Source: Candidatus Moraniibacteriota bacterium (GTDB lineage Bacteria > Patescibacteriota > Minisyncoccia > Moranbacterales > UBA1568). Taken from it: a stretch of DNA of 64,000 nt. Of this stretch, positions 34,791 through 44,451 are shown piece by piece. Position 1 is the first letter of the stretch. The number at the start of each line of letters is the position of its first letter. The notes beneath the pieces were generated by a model. It did not search any database. It saw nothing but the letters and a program-made list of their open reading frames with translations, and was not told the DNA's origin. A program made the translations under genes and the position numbers. Location: NCBI GenBank assembly GCA_018499985.2, contig JAHBAT020000015.1, positions 17,059 through 81,058 on the forward strand, read 5' to 3'.

Positions 34791-35966
34791 ATGACTTTAC
34801 CGATTAAAAAAATTCTCACTTTAGGTCTTTTTGTGGCCTTTATTTTTCTTTTAGGAGGCTTTGGAGGCGTCTTTTTTGAGCGTTTTGTCTTGCCTGAGCT
34901 TGCAAGTTACAAGGTTCTTTCAGATCATCCGTTTTTCAAAAAAACCACAGAGCGTACCACTATTATCAATAAGACAGAGCAGGTGGTGATTCGTGAGGAT
35001 GATTCTGTAGATAGTATTATCTCTCAGCCAGCCACAGCGGTGGTCAATATTGTGACTGTTTTTGATCAGTTAGATAGCAAGAAAAAAACACCCATCATTG
35101 GTGGTCGCCAGGTAGAGACCCGCACAGGAGTACTTTTGACTAATGACGGTCTTATCGTGACCTATACCAATGAGAAGCCAGCTACAGAGGGTGTGAAGTA
35201 TTCAGTCCTTCTGTTTGATGGCAAAAACTACGGAGCTCGTTTTGAGGGTTTTGATACTCTTACCAACTTAGCCTACTTTCATCTCGAAGATAGCCTGACC
35301 GTTCCCGCTATTGCCTTCGCCAATTCGGATGATGCTCGTACAGGTAAGCGCCTTGTGGCTATCGGCAATAGTTTTTCAGAGTATCAGAATCGTATTGCCA
35401 TTGGGGCTCTTCAGAACAAGAATCGTATTTTGAATCTGAGTGGTCAGTCAGTTTCTTCTTCTGAGAAGTGGGAAGGCGTGTTTGAGATGGATCTTGATAA
35501 TGCTAAGGATTTTGTAGGAGGACCAGTTATTGGATACAACGGTGAAATGCAGGGCATCATTGGTCTGTTTCCATACAACAATGACGTGGTGAAATTTATC
35601 ATTCCAGCCAATGTAGTGAAGAGTTCATATCAGCGCGTCGTAGCTGGGACGCTTGATAAGCGTGTTAGTCTTGGGGTGTATTATTTGCCACTGACCAAGG
35701 CTTTCGCTTTGAGTCAGGGAATTGACCGTGATCGTGGAGCACTCGTGTTTTCTCCAGGAGGAGAGACAGGCCTAGCTGTTCTAGCCAACTCGGCAGGAGC
35801 ACAAGCGGGACTGCGAGCTGGTGATATTATCATTGCTGTTAATAAGAAAGAGATTAATCTCGACAATCCATTGCCAGCGCTACTCAGCACTCTCAGTAAG
35901 GGTGATCGCGCAGAGCTCCTCGTGATACGAGAAGGCAAGGAAATTACCGTTTCGGTTCAGTTCTAG
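34791..35966 (+). CDS. HtrA-like trypsin-fold plus PDZ protein with a degenerate catalytic triad (probable pseudo-protease)
   Basis: Same layout as HtrA. The His context reads TNDGLIVTY. The Ser motif GNSGGP is replaced by KDFVGGPV. The PDZ domain is retained (AGAQAGLRAGDIIIAVNKKEI). Confidence 0.75.
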   Translation: MTLPIKKILTLGLFVAFIFLLGGFGGVFFERFVLPELASYKVLSDHPFFKKTTERTTIINKTEQVVIREDDSVDSIISQPATAVVNIVTVFDQLDSKKKTPIIGGRQVETRTGVLLTNDGLIVTYTNEKPATEGVKYSVLLFDGKNYGARFEGFDTLTNLAYFHLEDSLTVPAIAFANSDDARTGKRLVAIGNSFSEYQNRIAIGALQNKNRILNLSGQSVSSSEKWEGVFEMDLDNAKDFVGGPVIGYNGEMQGIIGLFPYNNDVVKFIIPANVVKSSYQRVVAGTLDKRVSLGVYYLPLTKAFALSQGIDRDRGALVFSPGGETGLAVLANSAGAQAGLRAGDIIIAVNKKEINLDNPLPALLSTLSKGDRAELLVIREGKEITVSVQF

Positions 35967-35974
35967 TAATACTA

Positions 35975-36004
35975 AAAAAGAGCCTTAGTAAGGCTCTTTT
36001 TCTT
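35975..36004 (+). terminator. Intrinsic terminator
   Basis: Stem agagcct (35979-35985) pairs with aggctct (35991-35997), followed by a T-run. Confidence 0.75.
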
Positions 36005-36065
36005 TGACACAAGAGTAGCCCTTCGCTATCATAAAGGGTGCAAACAACTAAAAGAGAGTACCGCT

Positions 36066-37298
36066 ATGCTACAGTCACAACTTTTTACCAAAACGAGAAA
36101 AACTGCTCCTAAAGATGAAGTCAGTAAGAATGCGGAGCTTCTTATCCGAGCTGGTTTTGTCTACAAGGTAATGGCAGGTGTCTATGCTTATACGCCGCTT
36201 GGGCTTATCATCTTAGAAAAAATCAAAAAAATTGTACGTGAAGAAATGAATGCTATCGGTGGTCAAGAGCTTATCATGACAAGTTTGCAGAAAAGAAGCA
36301 CTTGGGAAACAACTGGCCGCTGGGATGATGAAGCAGTAGATGTTTGGTTTAAGACAAAGCTCAAAGATGAAACAGAGATCGGTCTTGCTTGGAGTCACGA
36401 AGAGGCTATCTTAGAAATGATGCAGCAATTTGCAGAGAGCTATAAAGATTTTCCTATTAGCGTCTATCAGTTTCAGACAAAGCTTCGTAATGAGTTGCGA
36501 GCTAAGAGTGGCATCATGCGTGGTCGTGAATTTGTGATGAAGGACATGTATTCTTTGCATGCTACAGAAGAAGATTGTGACAGTTATTATGAAAAGGTAA
36601 TCGAAGCATACAAAAACTGTTTTGAGCGTTTTGGGATGGGAAGTAGTACTTTTGTTACCTTCGCTAGTGGTGGGGCTTTTACGAAGTTTAGTCATGAGTT
36701 TCAAACAATTTGCGATGCAGGTGAAGATGTATTGTTTGTAAATAAGGATCAGACAGTAGCAGTAAATGAGGAAGTTCTTGATGATGCAGTGTCTGAGCTT
36801 GGAATTAAGAAAGAAGACTTAGAGCCAGTAAAAAGTGCAGAGGTGGGCAATATCTTTAAGTTTGGGACTGAGAAGTCGGAGCAAATGAATATTTTTTACA
36901 CTGATCAAGAGGGTAATAAAAAGCCTGTGTATCTCGCATCATACGGCATTGGTATTACCCGGGTAATGGGTGTGGTAGTAGAGAAATTTGCTGATGACAA
37001 GGGTATAGTATGGCCAGAAAGTATCGCTCCCTTCAGGATCCATCTACTCTCTCTTGGGGTCAATGAAAAGGCCGAGGAGCTCTACAATGAGATGAAGGCA
37101 GCGGGCATAGAAGTGCTTTATGACAATCGTGATAAGGGCGCAGGAGAGAAATTTGCTGATGCAGATCTTATGGGTATGCCGTATCAGGTGATTATCGGTA
37201 AAAGAAGCCTAGAATCAGGTAAGGCAGAAGTCAAAAACCGCGCCACCGGAGAGACAGAAGAAGTGATGCTTAGTGAGCTTGTCAGTCGTTTTGTCTAA
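36066..37298 (+). CDS. proS: Proline--tRNA ligase, short form without the INS editing domain
   Basis: 410 aa: MLQSQLFTKTRKTAPKDEVSKNAELLIRAGFV...FQTKLRNELRAKSGIMRGREFVMKDMYS...GIGITRVM. A C-terminal anticodon-binding domain is present. Confidence 0.85.
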   Translation: MLQSQLFTKTRKTAPKDEVSKNAELLIRAGFVYKVMAGVYAYTPLGLIILEKIKKIVREEMNAIGGQELIMTSLQKRSTWETTGRWDDEAVDVWFKTKLKDETEIGLAWSHEEAILEMMQQFAESYKDFPISVYQFQTKLRNELRAKSGIMRGREFVMKDMYSLHATEEDCDSYYEKVIEAYKNCFERFGMGSSTFVTFASGGAFTKFSHEFQTICDAGEDVLFVNKDQTVAVNEEVLDDAVSELGIKKEDLEPVKSAEVGNIFKFGTEKSEQMNIFYTDQEGNKKPVYLASYGIGITRVMGVVVEKFADDKGIVWPESIAPFRIHLLSLGVNEKAEELYNEMKAAGIEVLYDNRDKGAGEKFADADLMGMPYQVIIGKRSLESGKAEVKNRATGETEEVMLSELVSRFV

Positions 37299-37303
37299 TA
37301 TAT

Positions 37304-38419
37304 ATGAGGATTGCGATTCAGGTAAGTGATCTTGATCAGAGTCGTATCGATGGTACAAGGGTATACATACGAGAACTTATAAATAGACTAGGATCTCTCG
37401 CACCAGATGCTTTTTTTGAGCTTTATCATCAAAAAGATTTTCACCCTGATCTGCAGCCAAAAACCTTTCCAAATTATCAAGAAAAAAAGATTCCCTTTCC
37501 ATGGGCCTGGATGCAGACACGTTTTGCTTGGGAGGTATTACAATCCGCTCCTGATAAGCTTTTTCTTCCCATTCAAGCAGCACCCTTTTTTCTTGCAAAA
37601 AAGCAACAGGTTATTGCTACGGTTCACGACCTTGCTTGGAAAAAATTTCCAGAGACATTTTCATGGGGAGATCGTCTGAGACTTGATCTGCACTTAGCAC
37701 ATGTAGTAAGGAGAGCGGACAAGCTTATAGCTGTTTCAGAATCAACCAAAAAAGATTTGCTCGAGTATTTCCCATCTCTTTCCCCAGAGAAAATACAAGT
37801 TATCCATCATGGTTTTGATGGAGCTTTTTATCAAGAACAAGTGCCGGAGGAAGAGCAGGCAGCAATACTCTCACAATACAATGTAAAAAAAGAAGGCTAT
37901 GTGCTGTATGTGGGCGCTCTTCAGCCAAGAAAAAATCTCGTGCGTTTGATAGAGGCGTTTGAAAAGCTCAAAGAAGAATCACCAGAAGCCAAGCTTGTTT
38001 TGGCTGGTGAGGTGGCCTGGTTGGCGGGGGATATTTTGGAAGCTCAGAATAAGAGTATCTTCAAGGACGACATTATTCTTCTCGGGAGAGTTTCCTTTGA
38101 GACACTTAGGGTATTGTATCAAAGCGCACGACTGGTAGCATTCCCTTCTTTGTATGAAGGTTTTGGTCTACCTGTGTTGGAAGCTTTTGCAAGCAAGACA
38201 CCACTACTGACAGCAGACAACTCTAGCTTGCGAGAGGTGGCAGGGGAAGGCGCACTCTACTGTAACGGAGAAGATGTCTTGGATATAGCGATGAAACTCC
38301 AAGAACTTTGGCAAAATCAGACGTTACGGGAAGCTCTAAGGGTAAGAGGGCAAGAAGAATTGAAGCGTTTTTCTTGGGAAAAGTGTGCAAAAGAGACTCT
38401 TGACTTTATCTTAAAATAG
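37304..38419 (+). CDS. Glycosyltransferase, GT4 family
   Basis: 371 aa with the GT-B C-terminal motif: VLYVGALQPRKN...FPSLYEGFGLPVLEAFA. Confidence 0.88.
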   Translation: MRIAIQVSDLDQSRIDGTRVYIRELINRLGSLAPDAFFELYHQKDFHPDLQPKTFPNYQEKKIPFPWAWMQTRFAWEVLQSAPDKLFLPIQAAPFFLAKKQQVIATVHDLAWKKFPETFSWGDRLRLDLHLAHVVRRADKLIAVSESTKKDLLEYFPSLSPEKIQVIHHGFDGAFYQEQVPEEEQAAILSQYNVKKEGYVLYVGALQPRKNLVRLIEAFEKLKEESPEAKLVLAGEVAWLAGDILEAQNKSIFKDDIILLGRVSFETLRVLYQSARLVAFPSLYEGFGLPVLEAFASKTPLLTADNSSLREVAGEGALYCNGEDVLDIAMKLQELWQNQTLREALRVRGQEELKRFSWEKCAKETLDFILK

Positions 38420-38450
38420 ATGTATAATTTAAATAGAGTGCCAAACTCTT

Positions 38451-38478
38451 AAAAGCCCGCCTTCTGGCGGGTTTTTGT
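38451..38478. terminator. Bidirectional terminator
   Basis: Stem cccgcc (38456-38461) pairs with ggcggg (38466-38471), flanked by an A-run and a T-run. Confidence 0.75.
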
Positions 38479-38479
38479 C

Positions 38480-38911
38480 TTATACTTGATCTTCTAGGAG
38501 GGTTTTCCAAAAGTAGAAAATAATTACAAAGAAAGCTATAAGAAGACTGAGAATAGCCCACCAGGGAAATTTAATAAGAGAAAGACCTACGATACCGGTA
38601 CTCCAGAGTATAGCGAGAATAAAGAGGGGTTTTTCGAATGAAAAATTCTTAGGAAACACATAGTGAGCTTGTTGACCAAGATACATAAGTCCAAAGGTAA
38701 AGCCAAGCAGTGTCGCAAAGTAAGGTGAAAGATTGATTCGGAGAGAAATAAAGCCCGGTAAGATGATTTCAGCGGTCCAGAGAAAAAAGAAAAAGAGATA
38801 AAGAACAAGTAAGAGCTCGCAGGCAAGAGAAAAGAGAAAAGCAACAACAGGGCTCTTTCTGAGAGAGTCCTCTTTAGTCCAGAGTACGAATGATTGAATC
38901 CAGTTTTTCAT
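38480..38911 (-). CDS. Membrane protein, function unknown
   Basis: 143 aa with four hydrophobic segments. Confidence 0.6.
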   Translation of the reverse strand: MKNWIQSFVLWTKEDSLRKSPVVAFLFSLACELLLVLYLFFFFLWTAEIILPGFISLRINLSPYFATLLGFTFGLMYLGQQAHYVFPKNFSFEKPLFILAILWSTGIVGLSLIKFPWWAILSLLIAFFVIIFYFWKTLLEDQV

Positions 38912-38917
38912 AGAGTA

Positions 38918-40066
38918 TTATTGTAGGTAGGGGCCAAAGCGAGCAAGAAAGTTTTCTTTGACTTGTGAGAGGATAAATTCGAAGTTTTGACGATTGATAG
39001 CGGTATAAAATTGCGCTTCGTAGTATTTGAACTCAGTGTCTTCACTATTGTTACTGATACGCATTTCGTAGTCACTTCCGACAAGATCATAAATAAGAGC
39101 AAGATTTGCCTCGCAAGAAACGCTATGACTAAAAGTATCTTTGGTAGGAGTGCAGGAGGCAGTCATATCGTTGGTTGTCTGTGAGAACGTTATCGGAGCA
39201 GACTGAGTCAAAAGAAAGTCAAGATAAGCTCCCGGGAGGAGTTTGTGAAAGTGATCGTCTTGTACTATGTAGTATGTTTGACTATCGGTATCAAGGAAAA
39301 CTGTCCCATTGGGATGGATATCTCCTGAAAGAAAAATTTTGCCACGCTTATAAATACCAAGTTCCTCAGCACTTACTTTTTTGACATCTTCAAAACGATA
39401 ACCAATATTGGCAAAAATACGCGCACTACCAATAGGGCGCATGTCGGTTTCATTGACGATCAAGAAAACACCATCAGCATACTCTACGAGAAGACCTGGG
39501 CGGTAACCGATGAGAATATCATTTTTGGTAAAGGTATTAAGAAATTCAGGTGAGACAGCTTCGGCATAAGATTCGGGATAACGAGAGAGAAAAGCCTCTC
39601 GACTGACAAAGCGCGAGAGCTCATTGTTGCGAAGCATGTAGTAGGTATCTTCAGAGAGGTATACTTTTTCAGCTGGAAAATCTTTGATAGGTTCTCCTTC
39701 GGGTAGCCAGGTAGCAGCATAGCCATGACGTAGAGTGATCTCAAGCTCTTTTGGGAGAGGTTCTTTTTCTTCGAGCTTTAGACCAAGAATAGCCTTTTGG
39801 TAGAGTCCAGAGGTACCATCATGAAAGATGAGACTCTCTCCATTGGGGAGCTTGCCATTGGCCACAAATGAGCCATGGGTATCTTTGGGGACCAGAAGGT
39901 CATGCTTACTTGAGGTAGGATTTTCGAAGTCAAAAGAGTGAGTAATAATAGGAAAAAGGGAGCGAAAAATAAGAAAGCTAAAAAGAAGAAAGAGCGTCAC
40001 ATAAAGAATGACTTGAGCGATACGATAGCGAAAGAGGAGTTTTTCTGGCAAAGCAACAAAAGGCAT
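38918..40066 (-). CDS. Membrane-anchored extracytoplasmic protein, function unknown
   Basis: 382 aa with a single N-terminal TM (VILYVTLFLLFSFLIF) and no recognised motif. Confidence 0.65.
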   Translation of the reverse strand: MPFVALPEKLLFRYRIAQVILYVTLFLLFSFLIFRSLFPIITHSFDFENPTSSKHDLLVPKDTHGSFVANGKLPNGESLIFHDGTSGLYQKAILGLKLEEKEPLPKELEITLRHGYAATWLPEGEPIKDFPAEKVYLSEDTYYMLRNNELSRFVSREAFLSRYPESYAEAVSPEFLNTFTKNDILIGYRPGLLVEYADGVFLIVNETDMRPIGSARIFANIGYRFEDVKKVSAEELGIYKRGKIFLSGDIHPNGTVFLDTDSQTYYIVQDDHFHKLLPGAYLDFLLTQSAPITFSQTTNDMTASCTPTKDTFSHSVSCEANLALIYDLVGSDYEMRISNNSEDTEFKYYEAQFYTAINRQNFEFILSQVKENFLARFGPYLQ

Positions 40067-40073
40067 AGGTTTT

Positions 40074-42005
40074 TTAGTAAACTTGAAAAATCAAATCTTT
40101 AGTTTCAAAACGCTTTTTTTGTGGAAAAGAAAAATCATTGTTATCAAGTAGTGAGCGTTCAGCAAGGCCATCGCGGGTAAAGGTATAGCTACCCTGATAA
40201 ATCATTCTTTCACCAAATTTTTCGATATAGCGAGGGAGCTCATTTTCTGGTGCTATAAGGTAGACTTGATCAAAACGAGTGAAGTCAATTTGTGCGATGT
40301 CTTCTGGGTTGAAAAAGTAAACAGCCTGGCGTTGATAAAAGAGATTGAGAGGAGCGGTCGGCAGAGCGTAGCCACTACCAGTGGCATTGCGGTCCACAAG
40401 GATAAGGCTTTGTGAAGAAAAGCCTCGAGAGAATTTTTCGATTTGAGGGAGTAGAGTTTTGTCTTCACGAGCGCTATTGAGGGTGATATGAGCGGGAAGT
40501 GAAAAGCCAATAAGAATGAGAATAAAAAGACTAAAAAAGACTTTTGCTTGGCGGGTTTTTGCAAGAAGGAGGCTAAAGCCGACAACGGCGCTAAATACAA
40601 AGAGAGGATAGAGCGTGAAGTAGTAACGACGAAGCATCCAGGGGTGATCAAGAGTGATATTGGGCATAAAAAGATAAAGGAGCGTAGGAAGAGCTACGAG
40701 AAGTGGGATGAAAGCACGCCAATGTTTCTGACGCCAGATAATAAAGTATCCAAGAATACCGCAAAGAAAGAGAGGAAGTACTCCGTAGAGAATAAGAACG
40801 CCACCGACAGGAAATTGCCCAGAAAGCGTAGAGCCATTATCGCTACTCAAGATGGTACTTCCGAATCCAGTCAAAAATTTTTCGAGGGCTCGTCCAATAG
40901 TTTTGTAGTAAGGAAGATTAATAAAAAAGTTGCGAAGGAAAATAAAAACAAGAAAGAGTCCCGGCACAATAAGAGCCTTGAAGCGATAGGTGGAGATGAG
41001 TGCGCGAGTTTGTTTTTGAGTAAGAAGAAAAAGAAAAATAATAACAAAGAATACATAGCCTTCGATACGGGTAAACATGAGGAGGCTACTAGCAAGAAAA
41101 ATAGCAATGTAATGGGTAAACTTTGGTTCAGCAAGGAAGCGTAGCAGACTATAACAAATAAGCGTAAAAAGAAAAACAGCTAGGTTTTCTGTAAGAGTGA
41201 ATTGAGAAAACCACAAAGGAAGAAAGGAGAGTCCAGCAAGAAGGCTTCCGAGCGAAGCGTAGAATGGTTTTACAAAAAGACGTAGCAGCTCAAAGAAAGT
41301 GAAGAGAAAGAGAAAAAGAAGGAGGCCGTTGGCAATAGTTAGTCCAGCAATACCAAACAAGCTATGAAAGGCGGCTAGAAAGCTCGTGTAGACAAGAGGA
41401 AACTGGGTAATGACATCGCCGGTGTCAGTGTAGGCAAAGCCGGGAAAGTTGAGGGCCTTACCTGGTCCGTAAATATCAAAAAAGGTGTCTGTTGCAGGGG
41501 TGCGATACGTGAGGACGCTGCTCTCGGAGAGACGAATAGCTGCTTCGCTTATCGCTCCTTGATCACGACCACTAAGAAGGGTGGGGGTGGTAAAGAGAAG
41601 ATTACCAAAAGAGATAAGAGCCAGAAGACCTACTGTAAAGATGCTTGAGCGAGGAGCGTGCATCAGAAGGCGTCCCAAGAAAAAGAGTGAACTCAGGCCA
41701 AGAAAAAGAGTGCCGATAAAAATAACCGGAAAAACAAAAAAGTTAAAAAGAGCCAGTATAAAGAAAAGCCACCCTAAAGAGAGGATAGAAAGGGAGAAAA
41801 GAATAAAGAGAGAGCTTTCTTTGGTAGGGAGAGAAGATAGGCGCATAGCGTACAAGAGAGAAAAGGTTACTATTTGTGGGTAAAAATATAGCCCCAGTAT
41901 ACCTTTTTTTGGCAGAGTAAACAACCAGGAGATTGGTTTGCCAGGGGATTGTTTTGGGCTTAGAATAAAGAGAGTTAACCACAAAAACAGATACACATGA
42001 ATCAT
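40074..42005 (-). CDS. Large polytopic membrane protein, ArnT/PMT (GT-C)-like glycosyltransferase candidate
   Basis: 643 aa with more than 12 TM segments followed by a soluble C-terminal domain. This is the GT-C layout; I could not verify a catalytic motif. Confidence 0.55.
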   Translation of the reverse strand: MIHVYLFLWLTLFILSPKQSPGKPISWLFTLPKKGILGLYFYPQIVTFSLLYAMRLSSLPTKESSLFILFSLSILSLGWLFFILALFNFFVFPVIFIGTLFLGLSSLFFLGRLLMHAPRSSIFTVGLLALISFGNLLFTTPTLLSGRDQGAISEAAIRLSESSVLTYRTPATDTFFDIYGPGKALNFPGFAYTDTGDVITQFPLVYTSFLAAFHSLFGIAGLTIANGLLLFLFLFTFFELLRLFVKPFYASLGSLLAGLSFLPLWFSQFTLTENLAVFLFTLICYSLLRFLAEPKFTHYIAIFLASSLLMFTRIEGYVFFVIIFLFLLTQKQTRALISTYRFKALIVPGLFLVFIFLRNFFINLPYYKTIGRALEKFLTGFGSTILSSDNGSTLSGQFPVGGVLILYGVLPLFLCGILGYFIIWRQKHWRAFIPLLVALPTLLYLFMPNITLDHPWMLRRYYFTLYPLFVFSAVVGFSLLLAKTRQAKVFFSLFILILIGFSLPAHITLNSAREDKTLLPQIEKFSRGFSSQSLILVDRNATGSGYALPTAPLNLFYQRQAVYFFNPEDIAQIDFTRFDQVYLIAPENELPRYIEKFGERMIYQGSYTFTRDGLAERSLLDNNDFSFPQKKRFETKDLIFQVY

Positions 42006-44450
42006 TCTTTTTTTCTTTGGTATTACACCCTTGGTCTTAAGGGGGCATTTGTTGTCTGGTTTAATTTTGTGCGCGCAGTATGGCTTCGGGGAAATGTCTT
42101 GGATTTACTGCAGACACTTGTGGCGCCTTGGCATCGAGACAGTAGTCCGCGAACATGGGTAGGTTTTCGTCCAGGTCTTGCGTTGGAACGGTTTATGCTC
42201 AACCTGATGTCACGTTTCATGGGAATGATAGTGCGTATCCTGACGATTCTTGTGGTGTGTATAGGATATCTTGGGAGCTTTGTAGTAGGTGGTGTTTTGG
42301 TGGGTGCTTTCCTTGCTGCTCCAGGACTTCTTCTTTTGACGGGTGGTCTTTTTTTGACTGGCGAAGTACTTTGGTTTGGTCCATTTCTTTTGCTTACGGT
42401 TATTGGACTATCCCTAGCTTTCTATGGGTATAGTCATCGACACAAAATAGTTCTCGCTAGTGCTGAGTGGGAAATGGTCAGAGTGTCACCTCTTTTGCCG
42501 GCTATTTTACTCCGTCTTGGTTTTGCTTCTGATCAACATAAGGCCATAGCACAGTCTTCGGGTGCCGAGTTTCAAGAGTTACTTCGTACGAAGAGTCTCG
42601 AAATAAGTGACTATGCTACAGCGGTGGCTATAGAGAAACATTTTATCGAGAAGGCACAGTCTCGGAGAGAATTTTGGAGTTGGGAAAATCTCAAGAGACA
42701 GTCTCGTCTCGGTAAGAGCTGGAAGTATGGCTATACGGTCCATCTTGATAGGTATGCAAATGATCTTTCAATGGGAGATTACTCTACCTACGGTCAGTCT
42801 GACCTTATCGGTAAGGAAGGGACACTGAAGAGTATTCTTGAGGCTTTAGAGCGACCAAGTCAAAACTCTGTGCTTCTGGTAGGAGATGAAGGTATTGGTA
42901 AGCAATCACTCGTCCACTATATTGCTCGCCTTATTCGTGAAAACAGTCTCTACGGAACACTGTTTGATGATATGCGTGTACTTATTTTTGATGCAGCAAG
43001 AGTGATTGGTGACGCAGATGCTGAGGGGGCTGAGGCAGAGGATGCTTTGAGGCAGCTTTTTACAGAAGCCACTTTGGCAGGAAATTGTATTTTAGTGATT
43101 CCGCACTTTGAACGACCACTTTTACCTGATAACAAAGGGCGAAATTTTCGCGGTATTGTAGAAGAGTTTTTGGCTTATCCAAATTTCCGAGTAATTGGAC
43201 TGACAGATAATGCAGGGAATCTTCTTTTGGAAAAAGAAAGCGCCAATGTTTTGGGGTTACTCGAGGTGCTTACTGTACCTGAGCCAACCGAAGAAGAGAC
43301 CTTACTTATTTTGTTGACTGATTTTCATGAGCGTGAAAAAAAGGAGGGTATGTTTACCCTGAAGGCACTGCGAGGCATTATCAAGAATGCCGAGTCGCTT
43401 CACTGGGAAACACCTTTTCCGGAACGTGCTATCAATTTGACAGAAGCCATCTTAGGCTGGTCTTCAGGTAAGGGTATACACCTTATTACAGAAACAGAAG
43501 TAGATGAATACCTCACAGAAAAGACAGGTATCCCTCGAGGAGAAATTAAAGAAGAGGAAAAAGAAAAACTGCTTGAACTCGAGATGCTTCTGCATCAGCG
43601 CATTATTGGTCAGGATGAAGCTATTAAGCAGATTGCTGAGGCACTGCGTAAATCACGAGCAGGTTTTGGAAATACGAAGAGGCCTATTGGAAGCTTTCTT
43701 TTCTTGGGACCAACTGGTGTCGGTAAGACCGAAACCGCTAAAGCTCTTGCATATTCGTATTTTGGGAGCGAAGAGAAGATGATTCGTTTAGATATGAGTG
43801 AGTTTCAGACTGATGAAGCAGTGGATCGTCTGATTGGCTCTTCATCTAAGGGGATGTTTGGGGCTTTGACGTCAGCTGTGAACGAGTCGCCGTATAGCAT
43901 CTTACTGCTTGATGAGCTCGAAAAAGCTTACCCGAAAGCCCTCGACCTTTTCTTGCAAATTCTTGACGAAGGCTTTGTAACTGATGGTTATGGTCAGAAG
44001 ATAAATTTTCGAAATTGTATTATCATCGCTACTTCCAATGCCGGATCAGTCTTGCAAAAGCAATTACGTGAAGAGGGATTGGAACAAAGTGAAATTGAGA
44101 AGCGTATAGTAGATAGTCTTGCAGAGACAGGAGTGTATCGTTTGGAGTTTCTGAATCGTTTTGACGGCGTAGTTTTCTTTTTGCCATTGGTGCAAAGTGA
44201 GCTTGTTGAGGTGGTAGAAATCAAGCTTCGAGGTCTAGCCGAGAGACTCAAGGAAGAAAAGAATATTACACTTACATTTGCAGAGGGTGTTTCAGGGGTA
44301 TTGGTAGAAAAAGGCTATGATCCGACTTTTGGAGCCCGCTCGATTAATCGCTTTTTGAGTGATACCATAGAGGACCGAGTAGCCAGAGCCTTTATTGCTG
44401 GAGAGGTGAAAGAAGGAGGGCAAATATTGATTCGTAGAGAAGATATTTAG
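41997..44450 (+). CDS. Clp/Hsp100-family AAA+ ATPase with an N-terminal membrane domain and a degenerate first nucleotide-binding domain
   Basis: There are N-terminal TM segments. The D1 Walker A reads GDEGIGKQS and no DE-type Walker B is present (CILVIPHFE). D2 is canonical: LFLGPTGVGKTETAKALA and ILLLDELEKA. Confidence 0.8.
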   Translation: MNHSFFLWYYTLGLKGAFVVWFNFVRAVWLRGNVLDLLQTLVAPWHRDSSPRTWVGFRPGLALERFMLNLMSRFMGMIVRILTILVVCIGYLGSFVVGGVLVGAFLAAPGLLLLTGGLFLTGEVLWFGPFLLLTVIGLSLAFYGYSHRHKIVLASAEWEMVRVSPLLPAILLRLGFASDQHKAIAQSSGAEFQELLRTKSLEISDYATAVAIEKHFIEKAQSRREFWSWENLKRQSRLGKSWKYGYTVHLDRYANDLSMGDYSTYGQSDLIGKEGTLKSILEALERPSQNSVLLVGDEGIGKQSLVHYIARLIRENSLYGTLFDDMRVLIFDAARVIGDADAEGAEAEDALRQLFTEATLAGNCILVIPHFERPLLPDNKGRNFRGIVEEFLAYPNFRVIGLTDNAGNLLLEKESANVLGLLEVLTVPEPTEEETLLILLTDFHEREKKEGMFTLKALRGIIKNAESLHWETPFPERAINLTEAILGWSSGKGIHLITETEVDEYLTEKTGIPRGEIKEEEKEKLLELEMLLHQRIIGQDEAIKQIAEALRKSRAGFGNTKRPIGSFLFLGPTGVGKTETAKALAYSYFGSEEKMIRLDMSEFQTDEAVDRLIGSSSKGMFGALTSAVNESPYSILLLDELEKAYPKALDLFLQILDEGFVTDGYGQKINFRNCIIIATSNAGSVLQKQLREEGLEQSEIEKRIVDSLAETGVYRLEFLNRFDGVVFFLPLVQSELVEVVEIKLRGLAERLKEEKNITLTFAEGVSGVLVEKGYDPTFGARSINRFLSDTIEDRVARAFIAGEVKEGGQILIRREDI

Positions 44451-44451
44451 T

